Translations under genes and position numbers: made by a program
Notes under the pieces: model-generated
Told to the model about the DNA's origin: nothing
Database searches by the model: none
The model's input: only the letters and a program-made list of their open reading frames with translations
In this document: one piece after another, positions 7,505 to 16,966 of the stretch
Position numbering within the stretch: the first letter of the stretch is position 1
Layout of the letters: each line of letters begins with the position of its first letter
NCBI RefSeq assembly: GCF_021054785.1
Contig: NZ_CP088239.1
Span: 90,001 to 122,000 of the forward strand
Origin: Tannockella kyphosi
GTDB lineage: Bacteria > Bacillota_I > Bacilli_A > Erysipelotrichales > Coprobacillaceae
Length of the DNA: 32,000 nucleotides
Reading direction: 5' to 3'

Positions 7505-8380
7505 ATGAAGAATATTGTGATATTACTTATATTAGTTTTATGTACTGGGTGTCAAAACCAAGGAGAAGTGACAGACGAAGAAATTGATTTTCAAGAAGAT
7601 GGGCAAGTAGAAGAATATTTTTCGTATAGCCATGGAGTAGTTGATTTTAATCTTGAAGAATGGATTGTGGAAGGATCAACAATTGATTTTAATTATTATA
7701 TTGAAAACTTAGGAGATGCTTGTGAAATTGGTCTGTTTTTTTTAATTGATGGAATACCTCAACAAGTAACAATAAATAATGAAACAGGATATATGTATAA
7801 TTTAGATTATGATTCAGGGGAGTATGTTGAATTTGAAGTTTCTATCCAATCGATTGTAATGGAAGAGACAACAGAGGCAAATTTACAACCATGTGTTGTT
7901 TTAAACCCTTCTACGATTGTCACATCATCAACCTATACGTTTGATCACTTGATAAGCTGTACAGCACCTGTTGTACTTAATACAACAAATTTGGAATATG
8001 AAATTATAGAGAATATTGAAACACTTATTCCTAACAGTCGTGAAATTAGTGCGAGTGAAGTAGAAGAATTGGGAGGAGAGAAGATATGGAGTAGTGTTGT
8101 TATTAATCAGAGTAATAACAATGAAGTGTATGTATCAAACTTACCGTTGGACTTAACGATGTACGGTAAAGCAGGTACATATCGATTATTAGTAATGGAA
8201 GACAATACGTTTACTGGTATTTATACTACAGAAATGATAGAACAATCTTATTGTGATATTACTATTGATGCACTTCTAGAAGATACTAAAAATATTTCGT
8301 TTCTTATGATTCCTTTAGAAGAATTTGAAGGTAGCCAATATACTACAGCATTTCAAGCAACAAGGGGGATTGTAGAATGA
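7505..8380 (+). CDS. Lipoprotein, unknown function (cassette 1)
   Basis: Signal 'MKNIVILLILVLCTGC' followed by an acidic mature domain. Its stop overlaps the next start (ATGA). Confidence 0.75.
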   Translation: MKNIVILLILVLCTGCQNQGEVTDEEIDFQEDGQVEEYFSYSHGVVDFNLEEWIVEGSTIDFNYYIENLGDACEIGLFFLIDGIPQQVTINNETGYMYNLDYDSGEYVEFEVSIQSIVMEETTEANLQPCVVLNPSTIVTSSTYTFDHLISCTAPVVLNTTNLEYEIIENIETLIPNSREISASEVEELGGEKIWSSVVINQSNNNEVYVSNLPLDLTMYGKAGTYRLLVMEDNTFTGIYTTEMIEQSYCDITIDALLEDTKNISFLMIPLEEFEGSQYTTAFQATRGIVE

Positions 8381-9459
8381 AAAAACTAATTATTATATGT
8401 TTGTTATTGCTTTCTGGTTGTTCAAGTAACAGTAGCACAGATAGTGATAATGATAACGATTTTGAGCTTGAAGCTGCTGTTTCTATTGATACTATTGAAA
8501 TAGCTGATTATTCTACTGCTTTAGTAGAAGTTGTAAGTGATTATTTGGTTGTTTTATATTATGATGAAAATCAAGATATGCAGTATTATCAGGCAACATA
8601 TGATTGTAAAACATATGAGTTAATAGAAAAAGTGGAAATAGAGTTGGATACCTATTATCCAAGTATTCAAAAAATTGGTGACTATTTTTACTATGGTAGT
8701 GAAAGTATTCTAACATTGTATGACAAAAATTTAGAAATAGTAAAAGAGATTGACATTACTGATTTAGTCATTCTACAGGGGTCATCGCTTTTTTTAACAA
8801 AGCCTTTCATCATTTATGATGATTTAGAGGAAATAGTTTACTACGATAGTGTAAGCTATAGTTTAATCAAAAGGGATTTAGAAACAATGAATGATGAAGT
8901 TATACTTGATCTCAATGAAATAAAAGATGCTCCAACTACCATTACAGAGTTCAGTATGATCGAAGATGATATTGGATTTATTGGAACTATCGATCAGGGA
9001 GATATTTATGTCGGATGTTATGGAACAATCGATACTACAAATAAAAGTACCATGATATATGTACAAGAAGATATTAGCGGCTATTTCAATGAAGAATACT
9101 TATTTGTTTATGACAGTGTGCGAGTAGATAGCAGTGACTATGGAACTGGGGAAGCATTGATATATAATTTTGTGGAAGGTAGTATAAAGGAATTTGATGT
9201 CAGTTTATCGCTTTGTAGTTTTTTTGTTGAAATGATTAATGAAAATATAGTCGTAAGCTATGGTGGAGATACTTTGGATAGTGATGCTTATATTTTGAGT
9301 TTTGGGCAAGAACAGAAAGAATATGAAGATATAATTGATGGAGATATCGTACTTATAAGCTCTGCCTATAATGAGGCAAGAAATACTATTATTGTTAATT
9401 ACAGGACAATAGAGCTAGAAAATTTTGTTGTTGAGTTGGAGATTGATCATGAATATTGA
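8377..9459 (+). CDS. Lipoprotein with beta-propeller-like (DUF5050-like) repeats (cassette 1)
   Basis: Signal 'MKKLIIICLLLLSGC'. Recurring blade-like motifs: 'LVVLYYDEN', 'YFYYGSES', 'IVYYDSVS', 'LFVYDS'. Confidence 0.7.
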   Translation: MKKLIIICLLLLSGCSSNSSTDSDNDNDFELEAAVSIDTIEIADYSTALVEVVSDYLVVLYYDENQDMQYYQATYDCKTYELIEKVEIELDTYYPSIQKIGDYFYYGSESILTLYDKNLEIVKEIDITDLVILQGSSLFLTKPFIIYDDLEEIVYYDSVSYSLIKRDLETMNDEVILDLNEIKDAPTTITEFSMIEDDIGFIGTIDQGDIYVGCYGTIDTTNKSTMIYVQEDISGYFNEEYLFVYDSVRVDSSDYGTGEALIYNFVEGSIKEFDVSLSLCSFFVEMINENIVVSYGGDTLDSDAYILSFGQEQKEYEDIIDGDIVLISSAYNEARNTIIVNYRTIELENFVVELEIDHEY

Positions 9460-10318
9460 GGTTAAACACTTAACGAAATACTATGGAACAAATAAAGTAT
9501 TAGATAATATTTCATTACAGTTAGAAAATGGAGTATATGGTTTAATTGGTCCTAATGGTGCTGGTAAAACAACACTTCTACACATTTTGCTTTCGATACT
9601 AGACTTTGATGAAGGAAAGATTATAGTAAACAATAATGAGATAGAATTTGGGAGTGATGATTTCATTGAAACACTTGGATATTTGCCACAGTACCCTACA
9701 TTTTATCCTGCCTTTGAAGCAGAAGAATTTCTAACATATATGTGTATTTTAAAAGGTATACCGAAAAACATAATTCATCAAAAAGTTGACTCATTATTGG
9801 AAATGGTAAATTTGGAAAAAGATCGTAAGAAAAAGATAAAACATTTTTCAGGAGGAATGAGGCAACGCTTGGGAATTGCCCAGGCACTAATTAATGACCC
9901 TCAGCTACTTATTTTAGATGAACCAACAGCAGGGTTAGATCCAAAAGAAAGAATAAGATTTCGTAATGTAATCGCCAAACTATCAAATGATAGAATTATT
10001 ATTTTTTCATCCCATATCATTTTAGATATTGAATACGTAGCATCAAAAATTATTTTGTTAAAAGAAGGTCAAATAGAAATTGCAAATAACCAAGATGAAA
10101 TATTACAAAACATGCAAGGTAAAATAAGAGAAATAGAAATAGATAAAAAAGAAGTAGATCAATTTTTATCTTCAAAAGTTGCGATTAGGATAAAAGAAAG
10201 CAATCGTGACAACTATTCTATTCGTTTCATTAGTAATGAACAAATAGGAAATGAAGTTGCACCCTCTTTAGAAGACATGTATATGTATTATTTTGGAGAT
10301 ACAAATGATTGTCTATGA
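9449..10318 (+). CDS. ABC transporter ATP-binding protein (ABC-2/CcmA-like)
   Basis: Walker A 'GPNGAGKTT', signature 'FSGGMRQR', Walker B 'LLILDEPTAGLD', H-loop 'SSHI'. The ATG at 9449 (MNIEVKHL) overlaps the upstream stop. Confidence 0.9.
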   Translation: MNIEVKHLTKYYGTNKVLDNISLQLENGVYGLIGPNGAGKTTLLHILLSILDFDEGKIIVNNNEIEFGSDDFIETLGYLPQYPTFYPAFEAEEFLTYMCILKGIPKNIIHQKVDSLLEMVNLEKDRKKKIKHFSGGMRQRLGIAQALINDPQLLILDEPTAGLDPKERIRFRNVIAKLSNDRIIIFSSHIILDIEYVASKIILLKEGQIEIANNQDEILQNMQGKIREIEIDKKEVDQFLSSKVAIRIKESNRDNYSIRFISNEQIGNEVAPSLEDMYMYYFGDTNDCL

Positions 10319-11402
10319 ATATAAGAAACTAATAAACTTAAAATCTATTCTATTTCTATTTGTCCTAATAGTAATAAACTGTGCGTATATTATTCAAACA
10401 AATGATTTTGGTGATATGGAGAGTTATTATCAAGGGTACCAAGAAGTAGTATCTATTGTAGAGGGTCCTATTACACAACAAAATGTTGATTTTATCTATG
10501 ACGAAAGACAGGCTGCTATTGACATTGTCCAAGTTGGTAATTATGAAACAGAAGTGTTTGATGAATCAACGTATACTGGGTATATTTATGCAGATATGAA
10601 TATGCTTGATGAGCTATATCAAGACTTGCAAAGAGTGTATTTGTATGGGTCGAGTATGGATGAAAAAATTACTGTGTTAGAAGAAAATATTGAGAAAAAT
10701 ATAGTGGATGAAGAGTACTATACTGCTTTAATTAATATACTATCCAATCGTCAACTTACAGAATACTATGACACAATGGGAGTAGAAACATATATCAACT
10801 ATTCATTTTCATCTTTACTTTTATTATTTTTTATTGTGATGATTGTCTCAAAGTATATGTATTATGAAAAAGATAATAATATGGATTCCATTATTTTAAC
10901 GACATCTTTGGGAAGAAGAAAACTAAAGGAGGTGAAGATAATTATTATATTTATCTTTATAAGTTTAGTTACCGTTCTTTTTTCTTGCTGTGATTTTATA
11001 ATGCATGATTTTATTTATCAGATAAATGGATTGAGTAACCCAATTTATAGTTTATCTTCTTTTGCATCAACTAGTCTTACACTATCAATATTCCAATTTA
11101 TAATATTACAAACTGTTTTAAAAATAATGGGTTTCCTTTTTGTAGGATTGTTAATAGCTTATTTAGTTTTTTATGTATCTAATCAAACAAGTGTCGTGAT
11201 TTCGATATTACTAGGAATATTTATGATTCAAAAGATTCATTGTTTTTATCAAATTCCACTTATTACCTCGAATTGTGATTTGTTTTTATTTTTCAATTTT
11301 TACATTGATACATTTTATTGGCAAGTAGTTATGGGCTTTGTTAGTTTAGTGTTATTGATTCTAATGTATAGGAAGAAGGTAATATTGGATGCTAAGATAT
11401 GA
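10305..11402 (+). CDS. ABC-2-type permease P1 (N-terminus MIVYEYKKL)
   Basis: GGAG plus 6 nt before the ATG at 10305. One N-terminal TM, then a Y/E/D-rich loop of roughly 130 aa, then 5 TMs. Confidence 0.75.
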   Translation: MIVYEYKKLINLKSILFLFVLIVINCAYIIQTNDFGDMESYYQGYQEVVSIVEGPITQQNVDFIYDERQAAIDIVQVGNYETEVFDESTYTGYIYADMNMLDELYQDLQRVYLYGSSMDEKITVLEENIEKNIVDEEYYTALINILSNRQLTEYYDTMGVETYINYSFSSLLLLFFIVMIVSKYMYYEKDNNMDSIILTTSLGRRKLKEVKIIIIFIFISLVTVLFSCCDFIMHDFIYQINGLSNPIYSLSSFASTSLTLSIFQFIILQTVLKIMGFLFVGLLIAYLVFYVSNQTSVVISILLGIFMIQKIHCFYQIPLITSNCDLFLFFNFYIDTFYWQVVMGFVSLVLLILMYRKKVILDAKI

Positions 11403-13299
11403 GTTAAAGAAAATACTTATTTATCAAAAAAGTTGGATTGTTTTATTCATTTTATTTCTATCTTTTTTTCTAACAGCTTATCAAAATAATGTGCAAGAAC
11501 TAGCAACTTCTTTTTATCAACAAGAATATTATAATCAGTTACAAGGTCAAAATGTATTCGAAATACAAGAATATTTAGAGCTAGAAAAGGAAAATATGGA
11601 TAATATTTCTATTGTTATTATGACGACATTAGAGGATTACCAAGCAGGGATTATTAATCAAGATGAATATATTGAAAGAATGGAACAACAAAATGAATAT
11701 CAATATAAATATGATGCGTTTTCACAGGTACAAGAGTATTATCAATATCTTCAAGATGATTATCTAAGAACGTATATTTATGAAGCAAATATAGAAAATT
11801 ATTTTACTCAAGACTTTCCCTTATTGCTTATTATTGTTTGTATATGGATAAGTGTAACTACTTTTTATAATGAAAAAGAGATGGTTCCACTTATCAACAC
11901 ATCAAAAATAGGACGAATAAAACTAGTAAAAACAAAGATAATTTCTTTGAGTATTTTATTTCTATTAACCATTGTAGTATATCACTCTATCAATCTTTTG
12001 TTTTGTTATGATTGGCAATATAGTAATGACTTATTTGCCGTTGTATCAAGTAGTATGTTTTTTCAAGACAGTTTTTATAATGGAACTTTTTTATCTCTAT
12101 TACTATTACTTGCTCTAATGCAATATATTGCAGTAATTATTCTTGTTTTTATAACACTTTTATTATTTTATATTTTACGTATCCGTATTATCCCTTTTAT
12201 AATAATTTTGTTGATGAGTTATTTACTGCCGATATTTACTTTCTCTTTAGACGTATTGTATTATATTGTGCCGATTGGTTTTTTCAATCCAGTAATGTAT
12301 TATTTAGAATCATTAAAAGGAGTTGAAGTGCTTGGTATGATATTAGTTGTTAGCGTTATTCTTGCATTATTTGTAAGTAAGAAAATAAAGATAATCCCTA
12401 TTTTTGTAGTACTTTTGATGCTTAGTGGTTGTAGCAATCAAATGATAAATGATTCAGATGTGTCATATACAAATGATGATACTTATTCATACAATCAAGA
12501 TGTAGCAATAATTTATAATCAGATTTATAACTTTCATGAAGATGCATATTATTCATTAAATCGAGATGTTACTAAGAATCTTGAAAGTACGGGTATTGGT
12601 TATATGCAAAATCAATTATATTATTATGTTGCAAATCTAGAAGATGAAGTGGTTTTAGTTTGTTTGGATACATCGTCCTATAACCAAGAAATCATTTATA
12701 CCTTTGATTATTATGGTATTGGGTCAATAAATTATATTACATCAATTAAAGTCTATGGAGATGATTATTACATACGATATTATGATCGAATAGAAAAGAT
12801 AGCTAATGGAAAAGCTTCTGTTTATATTGATGGATCAGCAAATATTATTGGTTGGATTAATGAGAATGTTTATTTTATAAATGATGTAAATCAACTCATA
12901 AAGATGGATCAAGAAGGGAATCAAGAAGTAGTATTACAAGAGTTAGTATCACTTGTTAGGATCGTTGATAATACCTTATATTATGTTTCTTTACAAAATG
13001 AATTTTTATATTCTTATGATTTCGAAACAAAAGAAACTCAGTTACTTATTCAACAAAAAATAAATGATTTTGAAATATATGATAATTATATATATTATGT
13101 AACATTAGAAGAAAATGGAATAACAAAAGTAAAATTAGAAGATAATAGCCAAGAGTATTTGTTACAAGACAGAGAAGTATATTTCATTACAATTTATGAA
13201 GGAATCTTTTTTGGTGCAAAAATATCAAATAGTAATCAAATAGGATTTTATTATACAAACTTTGATATGAAAGAATGTATTGAAATAAATTATAAGTGA
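11389..13299 (+). CDS. ABC-2-type permease P2 (MLRYELKKI) fused in frame to a lipoprotein-like beta-propeller (DUF5050-like) domain
   Basis: The permease half spans roughly aa 1-340. It is followed by 'KKIKIIPIFVVLLMLSGCSNQ' (signal peptide plus lipobox, Cys codon 12430-12432). The C-terminal domain carries repeats 'LYYYVAN', 'VYFINDVN', 'LYYVSLQN', 'IYYVTLEE'. Confidence 0.75.
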   Translation: MLRYELKKILIYQKSWIVLFILFLSFFLTAYQNNVQELATSFYQQEYYNQLQGQNVFEIQEYLELEKENMDNISIVIMTTLEDYQAGIINQDEYIERMEQQNEYQYKYDAFSQVQEYYQYLQDDYLRTYIYEANIENYFTQDFPLLLIIVCIWISVTTFYNEKEMVPLINTSKIGRIKLVKTKIISLSILFLLTIVVYHSINLLFCYDWQYSNDLFAVVSSSMFFQDSFYNGTFLSLLLLLALMQYIAVIILVFITLLLFYILRIRIIPFIIILLMSYLLPIFTFSLDVLYYIVPIGFFNPVMYYLESLKGVEVLGMILVVSVILALFVSKKIKIIPIFVVLLMLSGCSNQMINDSDVSYTNDDTYSYNQDVAIIYNQIYNFHEDAYYSLNRDVTKNLESTGIGYMQNQLYYYVANLEDEVVLVCLDTSSYNQEIIYTFDYYGIGSINYITSIKVYGDDYYIRYYDRIEKIANGKASVYIDGSANIIGWINENVYFINDVNQLIKMDQEGNQEVVLQELVSLVRIVDNTLYYVSLQNEFLYSYDFETKETQLLIQQKINDFEIYDNYIYYVTLEENGITKVKLEDNSQEYLLQDREVYFITIYEGIFFGAKISNSNQIGFYYTNFDMKECIEINYK

Positions 13300-13546
13300 T
13301 TATTTAGTCTGTAGGTGACTTAGAAAAGTGGGCTAAAAAACATATCTTATTAAAAAGCAAATCATCCTAGAAAATGTTGAATCTAGAAAAAGATAAAATA
13401 TTTTAAAGAGTGATGTTTAAGCTTTACTACGATAACTTAAAGAATTATAAAAGAAATGGTACTGCTATTATTGAAGTAGGTAGAATGTTTATGATTTTTG
13501 AGAAAATGTATTTTATGCAAAAAAATTGCACTATGTTCCAGGTTGA

Positions 13547-13575
13547 TTGACAATAAATATTGAAAACACTAATCT
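13547..13575 (+). promoter_or_regulatory. Sigma-A-like promoter candidate with a long leader
   Basis: TTGACA (13547-13552), 17 nt, TAATCT (13570-13575), about 275 nt upstream of the ABC ATPase start. Confidence 0.45.
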
Positions 13576-13650
13576 AAAAATATAGATAGAATAATAGTTA
13601 GCTATTTTGAAAAAGTAGTTAGAGAAGTTAAGGGGAGGCGGAGTGTTTTT

Positions 13651-13731
13651 ATGCTTATATTAGAAACAAAAGAGATTCGATTTGATAGGGATCAATTACT
13701 TAGAGGTACTAGAGAAGGTTCATCCCGATAG
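13651..13731 (+). CDS. Candidate 26-aa leader/small peptide MLILETKEIRFDRDQLLRGTREGSSR
   Basis: GGGGAGGCGGAG lies upstream of the ATG at 13651, within the leader of the 13850 operon. No family was recognised. It could instead be a relic of an ABC ATPase N-terminus. Confidence 0.25.
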   Translation: MLILETKEIRFDRDQLLRGTREGSSR

Positions 13732-13849
13732 TATCATACGAAATTAGGATAAAACATTATAAAAAACTACTATCTACAAAGTGTTGGCACACATAGTGAG
13801 GAAAAGTCGATGAAGTTTTTATTTGTAATATTTTGAGTTTGGAGGATCA

Positions 13850-14557
13850 ATGATGATTGAAATTAAGAATTTAGAATTTGGATATAAGAATCAACCTGTT
13901 GTTTTGGATAACATAACAACTAAGATATTAGGGGGTAATATTGTTGGAGTCTTGGGTCATAATGGTGCAGATAAAACTACGTTGTTTAAATTATTATCAG
14001 GGTTATTAAAGCCAAATCATGGAAATATAATGATAGAGGGAGTTTCTCCCAATGTAAATAAAAAGAACAGAGGAATACTTTCTTATATGCCAGAGCATGA
14101 TGGTTTATATGCTAATCTTACTTTGATGGAAAACATACGATTTCGTGGAGAGATATCACATGCATCTAAGGATATTTTAGATGATCAAATTATGGATATA
14201 TTAAAAAAAGTTAAGTTATGGGATAAAAGAAATTATAAAGTAAATGAATTATCGAATGGTATGAAAAAAAGATTATCTTTAGCTGCTGCTTGTTTAAATA
14301 ATCCCAAAATCTTGTTATTAGATGAACCTACCAATGGAGTTGACCAAGAAAGCTTAAAGGCAATGCATGAAATGCTTCTTGCTTTAAAATCACAAGGTTC
14401 AACCATATTAATTAGTACTCATGATTTTCATACTGTTGAAAAAATATGCGATGATTTACTTATTTTAAATCAAGGTAAAATTGTATATGATGGAAACAAT
14501 CTTCCTTTACATAAACTTGAACAAACGTACTTACATTTAACTAAAGGAGACGAATAA
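13850..14557 (+). CDS. ABC transporter ATPase with non-canonical Walker A and signature motifs
   Basis: Walker A reads 'GHNGADKTT' (GAT codon at 13970-13972 where Gly is expected). Signature reads 'LSNGMKKR' (14249-14263). Walker B 'LLLDEPTNGVD' and H-loop 'STHD' look normal. SD GGAGG lies before the ATG. Confidence 0.85.
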   Translation: MMIEIKNLEFGYKNQPVVLDNITTKILGGNIVGVLGHNGADKTTLFKLLSGLLKPNHGNIMIEGVSPNVNKKNRGILSYMPEHDGLYANLTLMENIRFRGEISHASKDILDDQIMDILKKVKLWDKRNYKVNELSNGMKKRLSLAAACLNNPKILLLDEPTNGVDQESLKAMHEMLLALKSQGSTILISTHDFHTVEKICDDLLILNQGKIVYDGNNLPLHKLEQTYLHLTKGDE

Positions 14558-14558
14558 G

Positions 14559-15212
14559 ATGGTAGATGATGTTAGGATCATTTTTAAAAATGAATTCAAT
14601 TGTTTGAAAAATCATAAGGCTACTTTAGTTTGTGTTGTTGGTTGTCTTATTTCAGGATTACTGTTTATCTATCAAAATGGTGCATCAAGTATGGTTGGAC
14701 TCATGGGAGGGATTACCATAATTCCTACTTTCTTTGGAAGTCTTTGTGGGGTACAAATCATATCAGATACTATTGTAAAAGAAAAAAGAGAAAATACATT
14801 AGATATCATACTTTCATCAGGAATTTCGGAATATTCGATTATTATTGGAAAAGTTTTAAATGGCTTGTTTGTAGCTTATCTTGTAGCGATACTCATGATA
14901 AATGTTTTGAAGTTTGGGTTTTATTTTACAACGAATGATTTTAATTACATTACTTTCTATTGGTATGATTTTATAAATCCATTAGTTTTTGGATATCTAT
15001 CATTGAGTGCTTCTATCCAAGCATATCTACTATTAAATGATGAAAAGTTTGCTCCAGTAATAGCCATTGTTGTAGTTAGTTTGATTTTATATGGTTTGAT
15101 AAAGCTACTTAATCTAATCGGTATTTATAATATAGGTATAGTGATTATGCTAGGTGTGTTATTGTGTTTTATAACCACTTTTTTAGCATCAAAAATACTA
15201 AATAAAACTTAA
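14559..15212 (+). CDS. ABC-2-type permease (6 TM)
   Basis: SD AAAGGAG. The gene is coupled to the ATPase gene with a 1-nt gap. Six hydrophobic segments. Confidence 0.8.
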   Translation: MVDDVRIIFKNEFNCLKNHKATLVCVVGCLISGLLFIYQNGASSMVGLMGGITIIPTFFGSLCGVQIISDTIVKEKRENTLDIILSSGISEYSIIIGKVLNGLFVAYLVAILMINVLKFGFYFTTNDFNYITFYWYDFINPLVFGYLSLSASIQAYLLLNDEKFAPVIAIVVVSLILYGLIKLLNLIGIYNIGIVIMLGVLLCFITTFLASKILNKT

Positions 15213-15371
15213 TGGGTAATCTTTGATTATTTTGGTGATTCTTCTTTAAAGCTATTAGATACGTCACATCATTTGAATCATTATGATAACTCAGTTATCT
15301 TTAAGGACAAAATAATTATAAAATGCATTAACAATAGTATGTCACCTAAAATAAATCATATTTATTAAATC

Positions 15372-16070
15372 TTATTTTTTATTCCCATCGAAATAATTAC
15401 TGATTTTATAAAGGATTTCTTTTTTCTTTCCTCTTGGTAACTCAAGTTCATGATCACCTTTCATATACATGATATTTCCTTCTATTTTAATTAACTTATC
15501 TAAGTTAATAATACAGTTTATTTTTAATTTGAAAAAATTATTAGGTAACAATTGTATTAATTCATTGATATGACGGTTATCATATATCGTATTATTATCA
15601 ACTAAAACAAACTGGGTAGTTCGGTAATAGGATTCAATAAATATAATATTATCAAATAATACTTCAATATTTCGTTTTTTTGATTTTGTTAGAATTGAAT
15701 TCTTTTTTTGATAAGAATAAATATCACGAATTGCTAGAGGCAAGTCGATATTGATATTTGCTTTTTGAATAAAATTATGTAACCCAACTTGATGTGTATC
15801 TAATGCATAATCACTATGATTTGAAATAAAAACAATTTTAACATCATTATGATATTGCTTATATTTCTTCGCAATTATAATACCATTAATATCATCATTA
15901 AGGTTGATATCGAAAAACAGGGCATCATAATTACTATTTATAATATCAATGTCACCATAATTATCAAAGTAATCAACTTCGATAAACTTTAATTCATCTT
16001 GTAATGAATTAAATATTTTTTTAATTTGATTTAGTTCTTCGTACTCATTATCCAATACGCAGTATCTCAT
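15372..16070 (-). CDS. LytTR-family response regulator (TCS1)
   Basis: Receiver 'MRYCVLDNE...ALFFDINL...IVFISNH', followed by a LytTR-like C-terminus 'IIFIESYYRTTQFVL...FFKLKINCIINLDKL'. The ATG at 16070 follows AGAGGGA, so the track start at 16109 is an extension. Confidence 0.8.
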   Translation of the reverse strand: MRYCVLDNEYEELNQIKKIFNSLQDELKFIEVDYFDNYGDIDIINSNYDALFFDINLNDDINGIIIAKKYKQYHNDVKIVFISNHSDYALDTHQVGLHNFIQKANINIDLPLAIRDIYSYQKKNSILTKSKKRNIEVLFDNIIFIESYYRTTQFVLVDNNTIYDNRHINELIQLLPNNFFKLKINCIINLDKLIKIEGNIMYMKGDHELELPRGKKKEILYKISNYFDGNKK

Positions 16071-16215
16071 GTTTCTTTTCCCTCTTTTCGATATTGTGAA
16101 ATCTATCATTATTTTAATATATAAATAATAAAAAAGCGTATTTTTGCATCAAAAATGCAGTTTTAGCATAAATTATTCATTTTTTTATAAAATTTAGTAT
16201 AATAAATATATAAAA

Positions 16216-16232
16216 AGCAATTATTATAATTG
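16216..16232. promoter_or_regulatory. 17-bp palindrome in a divergent promoter region
   Basis: GCAATTAT-T-ATAATTGC, located between the regulator start (16070, minus) and the 16590 gene (plus). Confidence 0.35.
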
Positions 16233-16589
16233 CAAACACATCTATTTGTATGTATCACAAAAAATTCCTTTTTTGTTTATAATTTCAACCATCATAAAAA
16301 CAAAGAAATGGAGAAATAAATAGGTGTATCAAATTTTTATTGTTCTTTATAAGTGCAATTCTATATTCGTTCTCAACGATACATGCTTTATCCTTAGATA
16401 CTGGTAGCTATCAAATTAGTAATAATGAAACTGAACAAATCGAGTAAGTAGAGATGATGTTGAATCAATTAGTGTAATTAATATATTGAGGAATATGTTT
16501 ATCCAGATGGTTGAAACTAGATAGATTTATTACTTTGAAAGAGATGTTTTTTTTGTTATTTATAAATAAAAATTGTAAGGAGTGATAGT

Positions 16590-16919
16590 ATGGATACATA
16601 TCAATGGATATTTTCAATGATCAGCAGTTTAGGTGTTTTTTCTGTCTTATTGGGTGCAGTACCGGGTGCAGTGCTTGCGTTAGGAATGCAGTATTTTGTT
16701 TGTAAAAAATATGGTAAATATCGATATATTGTGCCTATTCTTACTTGTATATGGGTATTATTTTATATTGCTATTGCAGGTGTTATGATAACCATCATTA
16801 CAGTGTCTGAGATAATTATGACTAATACAGTCTTCATTGCTTTATCTTTTGTTTTACCTAGAATAATTGTACTAATTATTACAATCATAATGGCAAAGAA
16901 AGCTTCACAACATGATTAA
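16590..16919 (+). CDS. Small polytopic membrane protein, unknown function, antisense to the flanking TCS1 genes
   Basis: SD AAGGAG plus 7 nt before the ATG. Three to four TM segments. No motif was recognised. Confidence 0.7.
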   Translation: MDTYQWIFSMISSLGVFSVLLGAVPGAVLALGMQYFVCKKYGKYRYIVPILTCIWVLFYIAIAGVMITIITVSEIIMTNTVFIALSFVLPRIIVLIITIIMAKKASQHD

Positions 16920-16966
16920 ATACTATATTCTTATCATAAAAACTTATTTTAAGTAGGTAGTAAATA

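Noticed and set aside
8513-9887. Minus-strand ORFs 8513-8716, 8878-9066, 9481-9666 and 9696-9887
   Set aside because: They are antisense to cassette 1 lipoprotein and ATPase genes that have strong motifs. There are no independent signals.
13413-13550. 45-aa ORF MFKLYYDNLKNYKRNGTAIIEVGRMF...
   Set aside because: It has no convincing SD spacing, it overlaps the best promoter candidate for the downstream operon, and no motif was recognised. It is possibly a gene fragment.
14630-14938. 102-aa plus-strand ORF in an alternative frame of the ABC-2 permease
   Set aside because: The permease frame gives six clean TM segments and is SD-coupled to the ATPase. The alternative frame is K/R/Y/W-rich nonsense.
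15285-15302. GATAACT-C-AGTTATC inverted repeat between the convergent ABC permease and regulator genes as a terminator
   Set aside because: The effective stem is only about 5 bp once a viable loop is allowed, and the T-run is weak. That is insufficient support.
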